A stretch of DNA of 64,000 bases, taken from the NCBI GenBank assembly GCA_964016885.1, contig OZ024742.1:2480001-2544000 (forward strand), written 5' to 3'. The notes under the pieces are model-generated. The model was not told the DNA's origin, did not search any database, and saw nothing but the letters and a program-made list of their open reading frames with translations. Numbering within the stretch: the stretch's first letter is position 1; each line of letters begins with the position of its first letter. Shown in pieces: positions 14,438 to 27,200 of the stretch. The position numbers and the translations under genes are program-made. The stretch comes from Eledone cirrhosa (lineage: Eukaryota).

Positions 14438-15390
14438 TAGACATGAAAAATGCGCAAGCTCAAAAGTGCCACAGAATGTTATAATAAACCTTCAAAAGTG
14501 TGGGACTAGAGTTGTTGCTAAAAAATATTGTAATCATTATATATCGTACATTCTGTGGCATCCTTTATAAAAATAGCTTAAACCAACGAAGCCTTTATTT
14601 TTACGCTATTTCACTTAGTTAATTCTTAGAGTGTAACATATAAAAATAAATACATCTATGTTTAATGTAATAACAGCTATAAATAATTACGTAATATTAT
14701 TATCATATACTCATAGTAACAAAATAATTGTGTTGAAAATTAATATGATGCTTATATGAACGATCAAATCTATAATGATAATTTCTTAAATATACTAATA
14801 GTAAAATAATTTAGTTATCTATTGTTACATTTGCATAGAACTATAATATTAACAATCGTATTGCATTATCAAATTTTTATCACTACAAACTTTCATATTG
14901 GAATTACCTTAAGCCACTTATTATTACTTCGCTTTCGTACTTTTACAGCTGTAGATATTGCGCTGTATCTTATATCTAATATCAATATCTCATGGTAATT
15001 TGCATGCAGTGTAAAATAGGTTTATTAATAACTTTAATATGAAATGTATTATACAGGGCTGCGGAGTCGGCCAAAAATTGACTGGCTCCAACTCAGGATC
15101 CGATACTCCATTATTTCCTAAATTTCAGCTCCGCAGCTCTGTTATTATATTAATTAATTTATTTTATAGTTGTAAATCATATTTTTATATGTTACACTCT
15201 AAGAATTAACTAAGTGAAATAGCGTAAAAATAAAGGCTTCGTTGGATTAAGCTATTTTTATAAAGGATGCCACAGAATGTACGATATATAATGATTACAA
15301 TATTTTTTAGCAACAACTCTAGTCCCACACTTTTGAAGGTTTATTATAACATTCTGTGGCACTTTTGAGCTTGCGCATTTTTCATGTCTA
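14438..15390. mobile_element. Foldback/MITE-like element with ~211-bp near-identical terminal inverted repeats
   Basis: 14438-14648 is the reverse complement of 15180-15390 with about one mismatch by eye. Confidence 0.8.
15054..15141. mobile_element. Tiny hAT-like MITE nested in the foldback element
   Basis: TIRs CAGGGCTGCGGAG / CTCCGCAGCTCTG; 8-bp flanks GTATTATA and TTATTATA resemble a TSD. Confidence 0.6.
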
Positions 15391-15781
15391 TATATATATG
15401 TGTGTGTTTATGACCAGTGCATGTAGATCACAGACATCCACATATATATATACACACACATACATGTATATGTATATGTTTACACACACACACATATATA
15501 TATATATACATACACTCACGTATATATATAGGCCTTCCAATTTCATTTCACATTATATACATGTCTATGTATATTTTTATTATTTAAAAATTATTTTTAA
15601 GTGAACACAATTTTTAAAAAAATATTTTAAAGTGAACATGACCCAACGGGTCACGGGTGGTCTAGTCTCCATAAATAAAATTAATGATTTCTTTTACCAA
15701 TAACGCATCTCCGAAACTGACCTTACAACTTAGGATTAGAAATACTTTAACTTCTATCAATTGCTATATCTGTTATATATA

Positions 15782-15847
<66 letters not shown>

Positions 15848-15863
15848 TCTCTCTCTCTCTCTT

Positions 15864-15919
<56 letters not shown>

Positions 15920-16254
15920 GCGCGCTCTCTCTCTCTCTCTCTTTCTCTTTCTCTCCCTGTATATATATATACAGATTAGAGCAAACATCACGAGCGCTCT
16001 TCACAAAATTATTTTTGAAAAGCATTAGAAATGCGCAACCGGTAAAAACTTAAAACTAAAACTGAATACTGACCAATACTTATTACTAATTTATATTTAT
16101 TACTAACTTATACTTATTCCTAATTAAACTATTTTTCACTGGGAAAAATTTGTCAGCATTTTCTTTTCCTTTTTACTAATATATATATGTATGTATGTAA
16201 TCGGTACAGTATATGGAAGGTACATATTAGGTTAACGCTTGATATAGCAGGAAG

Positions 16255-16295
16255 GGGTTTTAACGTTTCGGACGCTAGTCCTTCATCAGAAGAAA
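16255..16295 (-). ncRNA. Minimal hammerhead ribozyme motif (PLE pLTR remnant)
   Basis: Minus strand CTGATGA-A-GGAC-TAGC-GTCC-GAAA-CG-TT; stem I weak. Confidence 0.6.
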
Positions 16296-16809
16296 GCATG
16301 AGAAATAAGATAGATTGAGGGGACGGGTCGGTTGGAATTGGAAAAAGCGTCTTTAGATAAAAATAACAGGTCCATTGTATTATAGGTTGATTCCCGACGT
16401 ATATCGGGAGGTGACCGAAAAAGTACTCAATACGCTACTAAAGTATAGGCATATTTATTTTTTATAGAAATGAATTCTACAGGACTAGAACTGTTTCATT
16501 CGTAAGAAATCACCAGGAAATTCCACTTTCCTGATGATTTATATACATATGTATATAAACATTTTACCTAATTATATAATAATTAGTAGTAATGCCGAAA
16601 CAATTGTATTACATGAGATAAGATCTCTATTCTATAATTCTCTTCCGCTGGGTATTTTCTATATATCTATCTTTCTCTTGCTTTCGTCTCTCTCCCATCT
16701 TCCACATATAACGACATAAACACATTGAACTTTCTATAAAATTATTTGGCAATCATATACCCTCCTATAGAACTCTCTGCTGGAAAATAGAGTCATATGT
16801 TTACCCTTG

Positions 16810-16846
<37 letters not shown>

Positions 16847-17119
16847 GGGGTGGGTGGGTGGGTGAGTGCGTGTGAGATGGTGCAGCGGGTGGAGGTGGTC
16901 TGTGTTTACGTTTCTCTTTGTATCTGTGTTTGTATCCCATAAATGAGAAGTTCAAAAGAAAAGAGATCGATTGAATAAATACCACACTGGGAAAAACCAC
17001 TGCCGTATTCGATATGATGGACTAAAATCTATTTATGGTACTGCCCCAGCATGACCGCAGTTAAATGACTGAGACTCGTAAAGTATTAAAATAGTGAACG
17101 AATATTATGATATAATATA

Positions 17120-17158
<39 letters not shown>

Positions 17159-17182
17159 TTTCGCTCTACATGGCTGAATACA

Positions 17183-17560
17183 ATAAATGTAATCTGAGTT
17201 TTTCGAATATTAATAATAACATTCGATTCGTTTGCAATTATGCAAACAAGCCTAATTTTTAAAGCCATGTCAGTAGAATGAACCCTTTATTCTTGCTCTT
17301 GTGTTGGCATGTAAACAGAACTGCAGACACTAATGTTTCTGGATATCACCCTTCATCAGTACAGCACATTGTCCACCTGCCAACTGTCAGAGCTAGTGAA
17401 AATATATGCTTATTTTCTAAAATATACAGTCTGTTTACATGCCAACACAAGAGCAAGAATGAAAGGTTCATTCTACTGACATGGCTTTAAAAATGAGGCT
17501 TGTTTGCATAATTGCAAACGAATCGAATGTTATTATTAATATTCTAAAAATTCAGATTAC

Positions 17561-17566
<6 letters not shown>
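17183..17566 (-). mobile_element. Short PLE-type remnant: ~137-bp inverted arms around a hammerhead core
   Basis: 17183-17319 is inverted at 17430-17566; the spacer contains minus-strand CTGATGA-AGGGTGATATCCA-GAAACATT (17331-17362). Confidence 0.65.
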
Positions 17567-17592
<26 letters not shown>

Positions 17593-17597
<5 letters not shown>

Positions 17598-17786
17598 AAA
17601 ATGTTTGACCCTGATGGCAGAGCTCAAGCCGTTTCGACGGCTACTTCTGGACTCAGAAATAGCCGTCGAAACGGCTTGAGCTCTGCCGTCGGGGACAAAC
17701 ATTTTCCTATTACCCGTTCTACTACCCTATGTATTGAGTACTCTGGTGCGTTATGGTCCATCTGGTTCCTTACCACACCTCCTTCG
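17593..17786 (+). mobile_element. Short palindromic element in (TA)n (family D); related copies at 18761-18910 (-) and 57475-57635 (+)
   Basis: ~118-bp hairpin at 17593-17710 plus shared tail TATTGAGTACTCTGGTGCGTTATGGTCCA..TACCACAC. Confidence 0.75.
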
Positions 17787-18502
17787 ATATATATATATAT
17801 ATACTACATATATGCTACAATGTTTTCTATACCTTTCATTTATATATTTATACTCGGCTTTCTTTCCTAGAGTGCTTAAATTATTTGTGACTAATCCCGG
17901 TATTTTTTTAATAAAAAACCGCGATAATATTGCTTTTTGCTGAACTCCTTATTGTAGAGTATTTTTCGGAATGTTTTTTGACTTTTGTTTCTTGTAAACA
18001 AACATTCGTCTCATTCTGACGTCACCAGCCCTGTCTTTCCTCATGTGCGTTTTATTTTTCATAATCACGCATGATGGTGAACTAGCCTGTTTTAAATTCC
18101 TTTTTTGGCATATTAATCTGTGAGAATTTTGGTTATCGAGTTGAGCTCTGCTGAGGATCGGATTCCAACCGTGACCATCTCCACTGAAAGTTTTATGAAA
18201 TAGTCTTTAAGACTATACAGAGCATTTGAAGTTTTTCCAAATTGAAGGATGAGTATTTTAGACTTTATTTTATCATGAGTTAAGGCTCTATTGATTTTTC
18301 TCTGGATTTCACTAAATTCTGTGGATGAATCTATATCCTGATTCTCTTTGAGATGAGTTTGAATTATTTTCCCCACATCTTACGTTAACTATTTTTCCCA
18401 TTTTGACGCTATAGTCACTTATATATTATGGAATACTGTTGGCTTTTGCTACAATGTTTTCTATACCTTTCATTTATATATATATATATACATATATATA
18501 TA

Positions 18503-18706
18503 TTAGAAAGTGAGGTTTTTTTTTACAAAATGAAAAATAACCGAGGTGTCCTACACGAGTGAAAGTATAAAGAAAAAAAGATGAAATCGAAAATGCAACT
18601 AGAGTCTTATTTTAAAAAAAATATATATATTTATTTGGTTCCTTTACCGGTTTCGCAGTTCTTCTACTTTTCAAAAGTAAAGTTGAGATGGAGGGTCTGT
18701 GGTTTT

Positions 18707-18713
<7 letters not shown>
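18503..18713 (-). mobile_element. ~210-bp non-coding element in (TA)n carrying a U3-A8 hammerhead variant (family E, copy 1)
   Basis: Near-identical to 20405-20615 and 48650-48858; minus strand CTT-TTGAAAA-GTAG-AAGAA-CTGC-GAAA-CCGG-TA-AAG at 18642-18677. Confidence 0.8.
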
Positions 18714-18760
<47 letters not shown>

Positions 18761-20193
18761 AAGAGGGTGTGGTAAGATACTAGGTGGACCATAACGGACC
18801 AGAGTACTCAATATTTGGGGGTAATATGAAAAGATTCAGGATCCCGACGGCAGAGCTCAAGCTGTTTCGGCAGCTAGATCCGAACGCCAGTCATGTTCCT
18901 TTCATCGGTCTGACATAAAAGCAAAATATACTGTCAACGTCTACGAGGTTTATAGTAAAACTAGAAATAAATGTTTCTACATTAAGTTTTTCATAGAGGG
19001 AATGAATAAAGCTTAATTAAAGTGAAGTATAGACATAGGTTGTAAAAGAGACTTGGGTGCAGATTTGCTGGAGTTTTATCAAAGGTCTATAATTTTCTAG
19101 TTGTTCAAATTTGAAAGTTGAAAACATGTCTACATAACACGAAGTAGGAAGGCAAAAGAAATGGAAGAGATAATTAGAAGATTAAAAGATGAAAAATAAT
19201 TGAACTCAGTTGGGAGGGTGAGGTGCCGAGTAAATAACACATAGACAATTACATATATATATATATATATATTTATGTGTCTGTGTGTGTGAACATATAT
19301 ATAATGAAAGATAAACCCATATGCTTATATGTAAATACATATAGATATAAATACGTACACATGGATATGAACGTATATATATATATATATATATATACGT
19401 ATATGTATGTGTTTGTGTGTCTGTATATGTACATATACACACACATATATACATTCATTCATATATATGTCTACACATATGTATGTATGAATATATGTAT
19501 AAATACAAATGTATTTATGTGTGTGTCCACAAACAGTGAGAAATAGTGATGGGGAGGGAGAAAGTTAGAGTCGTATGTGATTATACAATATATATACATA
19601 TATATATAAGTTCAATAAGAAGATAGACTATATAAAATCTTTTTTTCCTTTAAAATTACATTTATATATTAATGTTTTCAGAAAATTAATGAAAATTCAG
19701 AAGAAAATGTTGTTTACAAATTTTTTAAGGTGTTTCGTGAAATACATAGACACAAATAAACACACGTTTATATATATCTGCGTGTGTGTGTGTGGGGGGG
19801 GGGGGGTAGGGGGAGGGTGTTGACATGTATGTGTATATAAAGATAGATAGATAGATAAATAGACAGGGGGACAGAGAGACAGACAGATAGATAAATATGG
19901 TAATTTTGTTGTTTTTTTATCTACTTCCGAATACCATTTTCTTTACAATATCGTTTTTCATCATTCTTCAAAGTCTTACATATTAGGAATATATGTCTCA
20001 TGATTGTCTTGCTATATTTACAAATATATATACATGCATATATAATCGTGTATTCTCTCCCTCTCTCACTCTCTCCCTCGCTCGCTCGCTGTCTCTCTCT
20101 CTCTCTCTCTCTCTCTCTTTATCTCTCTCTCACACACACATACATATGTATATTATATGTATATAAAGATGTATATGTATATATGTATTTGTA

Positions 20194-20256
<63 letters not shown>

Positions 20257-20404
20257 TCTGCGGTGCTGAGACCGAGGAGACGACTAATCATGGGAGTAAT
20301 CGATGCATGGAGAGATGCAGAGTGGGTATAGAGAAATGTAAAATACCGACTGCGGCGCCAAGCAGTCTTGATTTTACATCTCTCTATATATACGTATATA
20401 GAGA

Positions 20405-20715
<311 letters not shown>

Positions 20716-20811
20716 TATACCTATATATATATATATACATACCTATATATATATATATACCTGTGTGTGAGTTTCTTAATACATTATATTCAGATAATTT
20801 CTATCTTAAGA

Positions 20812-20920
<109 letters not shown>

Positions 20921-21073
20921 CATCTCAATTCTACTTCTGAAAAGCATAAGAACTGTGAAACGTTAAAGGAAACTAATAAATATTCTTAAAATGAATTATT
21001 TTCCTTATACTTTTATACTTTCACTCGTGTAAGGCATCTCGATGTTTTTTCATTTTAAAAAAACCCTCATTCT

Positions 21074-21124
<51 letters not shown>

Positions 21125-21998
21125 ATCTGTATATATATATATATATATTTAACAAAAGAAGAGAGGTGAGCCGCGGGTGCGTGAGAGGTATAAAACTCCA
21201 TGGTTATTAGTCGTTGAAATGGACGTTCACAGCTTCGCCATCTACCAATGATACTCCTAGACAAACACTGTCTTTGGAGTATCATGATGAAATCAAAGCA
21301 AAATATAAGTATATAGAATTAATTGTACGACATAAGCCGTGCAATACGTGATTGAGTTGGCCCCTTACACCTGGATAATATTTTAAATTGTGCAAATCTC
21401 AATGTTTGCTAGGAAAGTATTAAAACGATGAGGCCATTACAGTTGTATGAATGAGAAGCTAGACTGAAGCCATATTTGGGCGATTTTTTTCCTTCTTTTT
21501 CTATCAGACATATTAAATATCTCTTAGATATGGAGGATGTGAAAGTATTATTACATTAAGTTTCGCAACATGAAATTTCACATTTCTATTACGGACCGAT
21601 GCATTCCATGAGTGTTACACTGTTAATAAAACATTTTCTATTCCACTTGTGTTTGCTACTTAAAATGTCTCACTACTCAATTTATCAGTCGGAAATCTTA
21701 CAAGTTATTCTAGAAATCGCACAGAAAAAAAAAATGAATAAAACAAAAGTTTTTCAATTCAACATCCTATATAGATGGATATATATCTTTGATACATGGG
21801 TTGCTACTGAAGGCCTTCGACTGATAGTTTTCCTTAATTGAATTCCCCATTAAATATATTCAAAAAATACTTCACCAATGTCGACACACAGACATGTTGA
21901 TATGCATATATAATGAAACATACACACAGACATATATTTATATGGATATATATTTATATATGTGTATATATATGTGTGTATATATATATATGTGTGAT

Positions 21999-22071
<73 letters not shown>

Positions 22072-22199
22072 TGTATATTTAATAATATGCTGTATGTTTA
22101 TTTAAAAACATTTTGAAAGCCATTCGCTGTGAATTTTAAAGTAGTGACTGACGTCACATACCTAGTCCCAGCAAAACAAAGGGGAGTAATCGACCTTCA

Positions 22200-22750
22200 C
22201 CGTTTCTCACTTGCAAGTAGTTGTCAAGACTACAAACCTCAACAGAGTTATGTAGTTTCTTGAAGTTAGTGTTGCAAATGGTTAGTTCACTTGCATCACA
22301 AAGTTCAAGAATCTTCACTCCTTGACCACCATGTACCCCAGAGTAGCCATCCTGGAGCTGTCCAAATGACCATTGAAGTCCCCTGCTAGTATAACTAGGT
22401 CTCTGTCCTCTATCATTGTATTTGTCTCTAAAAGTTGCTCGTAAAAGCAGTCCTTCTCTTCATTACCTAGGCCCGCTTGGGAGCATAGGTAGAGATAATT
22501 GTCAGCAGTTTATTGCTTACAACTAATTTCATCTTAATTATTCTATTACTAACTCTAACTACCTCTATTGTCTTGTTGATCCACCTCTCGGCCAATGAAA
22601 TGCTTACCCCACCTAACCCATCATTGTTCCCTACCCAGAAAAGCTTATAACTAACCTGTTTGCCAGCGATTAGTCTTGCTGAGGCATCACTCCATCTCAC
22701 CTCTTGCATGCAGCACACATCTACATGTCTTCTCTCTAGCATCTCCACTA
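22200..22750 (-). mobile_element. RTE-clade LINE fragment (AP-endonuclease domain)
   Basis: VDVCCMQEVRW..KLFWVG..GGV..VVRVSNRIIKMKL..IISTYAP, followed downstream by GDFNGH. Confidence 0.85.
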
Positions 22751-22751
22751 T

Positions 22752-23458
22752 CTCATGATGTAGTGGTCAAAACACTGTACAATGCAATCCGTAGAAAAGA
22801 TAGCCCAGATAATAAACACATTAAAAGCTACAGCATGTGGAAGACATCGACGTACATAATATGAAAGAGTAGCCCCAATAAAATGCAGACATAACAGACG
22901 AGATATTATGATATGGGAGAGGGAGAAGTAAGCATGCACAGTAGTGGAAATTAGCTGCCCAGCAGATGCCAATATATTATCAAAGATTAGTGAAAGGGAG
23001 AATATTTATGCAGAACTGATGAGAAATCTGCAGATACTCCACCCTGATTACACCTTCAGATATATGCCTGTGATTATTGGGGCACTGGGGTATGTTAGTA
23101 ACTGCCTCAATACAAATCTTGAGAAGCTAGGCTTCACAGGGACAGATAGAACACAACTAGTAAGGAAATTACAAGTACAATCCATTAATGGAACAGTAAA
23201 AATATGTAAAACATTCCAAACATTTTGCATGTAATAACTGCATATACACATGTACAGATACAAAGCATATACACATGCATACATACAACTCAAAACATCC
23301 ACATCCACACATACAATAACATCCATATCTACACATGCAGACATACATATCTACCTAGTTGATGTTGTGTAAATTCCAATGAGAGAGTCTTGTGTCTATG
23401 TTAGAAACCGACTCTCTCTCTATTCGTAAAACTTTGTGAAATTATAAAACCAGAAGAA
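22752..23458 (+). mobile_element. 5'-truncated R4/Dong LINE, family A (RLE endonuclease end plus 3' UTR)
   Basis: Closely matches 27586-28325; EISCPADANI..GALG..KICKTF; ends CCAGAAGAA then (CATA)n. Confidence 0.9.
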
Positions 23459-23472
23459 CATACATACATACA

Positions 23473-24078
23473 TGGTGGCTGCCAACTCGTTTTCGAGTAC
23501 GGCCACTACTTTATATCCATGTAGGAGAACTCCTACCGATGCGCTGAACGACTGTGACTTTTTAGTCCAGCCAGCGACTTGAAAACTCTGGTACAAACAC
23601 TACACTTGTGACAATTATTGACACAGTGCTGGGCCCATGGTACCATGTGACGACAAGTGCAGAGAGATCTCCAGATATAAAGCAATGCCTGTGCCTTGAA
23701 GCTTTTATAGTGAGCAAAGGCACTGCACAAAGCCAGTCCCACTCTCTTAACCAAGATGATATTTACCAAAAAGAAGAACGAGTGAACATCATTGGATACC
23801 GTCAGGGTTGCAGTGTTATATCAGAGTTTTCCTTCTCCTAGAATTCTGCCTTGACAAAGGCTAAGGGGTCATCTCTCCCGGTGATTTTGGATGGCCATTG
23901 ACTCTTAAGAGCTCATTTGCCCTTTGACAGGTTTTGTTTTTAGTCCTGCAGGATGTCCAAAGTCACCCTCCTCACCAAGAAACCTTGGTGGGGTTGCCAG
24001 TTTAGTCGCCAACGACCCGACCATGAGACAGGTTGTACTGGGATACATGTTACCAGTAGCACCAACTGGTGACCTGCC
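23473..24078 (-). mobile_element. ~600-bp non-autonomous RTE-derived bipartite element with an (ATGT)n tail
   Basis: RTE-like 5' UTR motif TCTAGGAGAAGGAAAACTCTGA joined to a 3' end encoding C2H2 CSVCTRVFKSLAGLKSHSRSAH; second copy at 29611-30053. Confidence 0.7.
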
Positions 24079-24217
24079 ATATATATATATATACATACAT
24101 ACATACATTCATACATACATACATACACATACATACATACATATACATACACATTTACATATACATACATACATACATATACACACATACATATATACAT
24201 ATACATACATACATACA

Positions 24218-24247
<30 letters not shown>

Positions 24248-24248
<1 letters not shown>

Positions 24249-27200
24249 TCCATCATTCAACGCGATCAGTCGCATATTTTGGCGTGGGAGACTATTTATT
24301 AAATTTAAGATGAATACTATCTCCGACAGTAATGCCACAACTACAGCCAGGTTGAATAACTGGTTATTCTTCTAACTATCCCTTCTGAAGACACCTTTTA
24401 TTCGAATTCGTAGAGATATCCGACTAAATACATAATTCATTTTACAAGGATTTGCTACAAACAGCATGGCTGAACACAACATCAACAAGAAAATTAAGGA
24501 AGTATCGAAGACAAATAACAAAGAAGGTAATCAAACTTTATTCAGTTGTAGCTACAGAAGAAACCGACATTATAAATCGCATTTCTCTTGGAGTTGCGAT
24601 CTTAATAATGATTTATTTAATTGTTATAAAATGGCAAAAAACAATCCCCCCATTGGCTATATGAATAGAATGAAGCTACACTGGGACGAAATGCACCCAG
24701 AGCTAAATTATTTCACAGCGAAACAATTACGCCAACAAGCGACGTTTGTTGAACGTAAACATAAGATAAATATTATTAATTGTAAGTCCCCCACAACAAA
24801 CATGGAATCAACAACACGTGCTACAGATCGCCATGCTACTAGACTTCCTAGCAGCCAGGTCGAACAGCGCCTTGAAACAACTATGCCTGTACCATCTAAG
24901 TCTACCTCGAATGCTGGGGAAAACACTATCGATAATAATAATAATCGAAGAAATATAATAATAATCGAATAAATGTGACACCACGTATACCATCCGAGTC
25001 TACCTCGACTGTTGTGGAAAATACTATCGATAATGATAATCAAAGGTATAAACAATTGAAAATTTCCCTCAACGAAATCTTCCAGAGAGAAATTAGCTGA
25101 ACGTGTTAAAATGACAATGGTGAATAAAAAACCAAATAATGAAATACTACGTGTTATTGGCGAAATAGCGGATGAATATTTACGACGGATAAAAACCCAA
25201 CATTTTAGCAAATCAACGCCTGTTTATATGCCTTAGCAATGACAGTGAAGCATTATCTTGGTGATAGCAGAGATATTAACAAGAACAAAACACCACCAAA
25301 AATACCATCATATATAACTAAAATAGAAAAAAAGAGTGCTGACCTACGAAAAAACATAGGACATGTGATAATGCTCCTTACATGCAAACAAACACACAAA
25401 AAACCTCACTCCTCACCAACAAAGAGTGAAAAATAAAATAGAGACGATGTTTGGTAACAGTAGAACCAGAACTCTCCAATATAAGCTGATCACCCTCAAA
25501 CAAGAATTGAGAGCTGTTAGCGAAAAACGCCGATACCTGAAGAAGGTAGATGAGAGAAAAATGCTTAATAAAAGATTCAGACGTAACCAAACATCAGTCT
25601 ATAGAGATATGAAGGGCAAAATAATAAGTGTCACTGAGGCCCCATCCCAGAAAGACATAGATTCCTTTTGGAGCAAAATATGGGATGAAAAGAAGAATTT
25701 CAACCAAGATACAGTGTGGCTAAGAGAAATCCGAAAGAACTATTGCTCCTACACTACAACAAAAATATACGAAATAAGTGAGGGTACCCTTGAGACTGTG
25801 ATAGGAAAACTCCAAGATAAGAAAACACCAGGAAGAGACATGATTGTCGGCTACTGGTACAAAAAACTAATATTCTATCGGAGGTATCTTACTGACCTCT
25901 ACCAACAAGTTCTTAAGGGAGATACACTTATACCAGAATAGTTGACATTAGCACAAACGTTACTGGTCCCCAAGAACAAAGACACCCACTTGGCAAAAAA
26001 CTACCGACCCATTGCATGCCAGAACCTGATGTATAAGATGTATACAGCCTGCCTCAACCTATTCCTCCAAGATCAATGTGAAAATAATAACATCATCACA
26101 GATGAAGAAGCAGCTGGAAAGAAAAGGGTTTGGGGATGTGCTGAACAACTCCTAATCAACAAAACTGCGATGTCGGAGGTGCGACAACTTAGGAGGAATA
26201 TGACTACAGTCTGGCTGGACTACAAGAAAGCTTTCGATTCTGTTCCCCACTCTTGGATGATAGAGGCCCTCCAACTTGCTAAAGTCCCAGACATTATTGT
26301 CAGAGCCATAGAGAGGCTGTCTTCTTTTTGGGCTACTATCCTAAGGTTAAAGACAGAGAGGGAGGACTCTATTTTCACTGGTAAAATAAAATATTGCAGG
26401 GGTATATTTCAAGGGGACAGTCTCTCTGTGATATTGTTCATCTTGTCATTAAACCCCTTGTCCTTTCTGCTCAAGAAATGTGAGAGATACATCATTGGCT
26501 CACAGGAGGACAGAAATACGAACCTAACCCATAACATCTTTGTGGACGATCTGAAACTTTATGCCAAGAACATGGATGGGATGAAGAAAAATCTTGACCT
26601 GGTTACAACGTTCTCAAAGGATATAGGAATGGAGTTTGGCCAAGATAAATGCTCATACATGACTGTAAAGCGGGGAAAAACAACAACCCAATCTAGCAAC
26701 ATTGTCATCAATGGTCTAACTGTTTCACCGATATCTGATGAGGACTGCTACAGATACCTGGGGATAGATGAGAACATATCCTATAATGGTATCTGTAATA
26801 AAGAACGCGTAACCAGGGAATGATACACCCGATTAAGAAATATCTGGTCATCGGAACTCTCTGCGCAAAACAAAACAGTGGCTCACAATGTGTTTGCTGT
26901 GCCTGTCCTAACACCAACGTTTGTAATACTCAATTGGACGATAGACGAAATCCGAGCAGTTGATGTTGGAACTCGAAAGATACTGAACAACACCGGAAAC
27001 TTCCGCATCAACAGTGACATAGACCGCCTTTACTTGAAAGGTAAGCAGGGAGGCAGTGGCCTAACATCAGTCCAGACAACATTTGAATGTCGCATTATAT
27101 CTCTCCGACAACATCTACGAACCTCGAAGCGTAGGAGCCCGCTTCTCGAGCAAGTCTATCTGCATGAAACAGATAAGATCATGAGAGTTGGGAAGGAACT

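Larger units (their letters stand above)
9487..15665 (+). mobile_element. Possible non-autonomous Helitron with nested fragments
   Basis: 3' end has hairpin TGACCC-AAC-GGGTCA (15639-15653), then CTAG (15662-15665) followed by T. The 5' end TATATAATACTAAAAG is Helitron-like but lacks the canonical TC, so the 5' boundary is uncertain. Confidence 0.4.

Noticed and set aside
15684-16028. ORFs rich in SL/ER/IY/CV/HT dipeptides here and throughout the window
   Set aside because: Translations of (CT)n, (TA)n, (GT)n and (CATA)n microsatellites
21500-21840. Possible host exon or zinc-finger remnant
   Set aside because: No complete C2H2 motif, stops in the candidate frames, and no supportable splice structure
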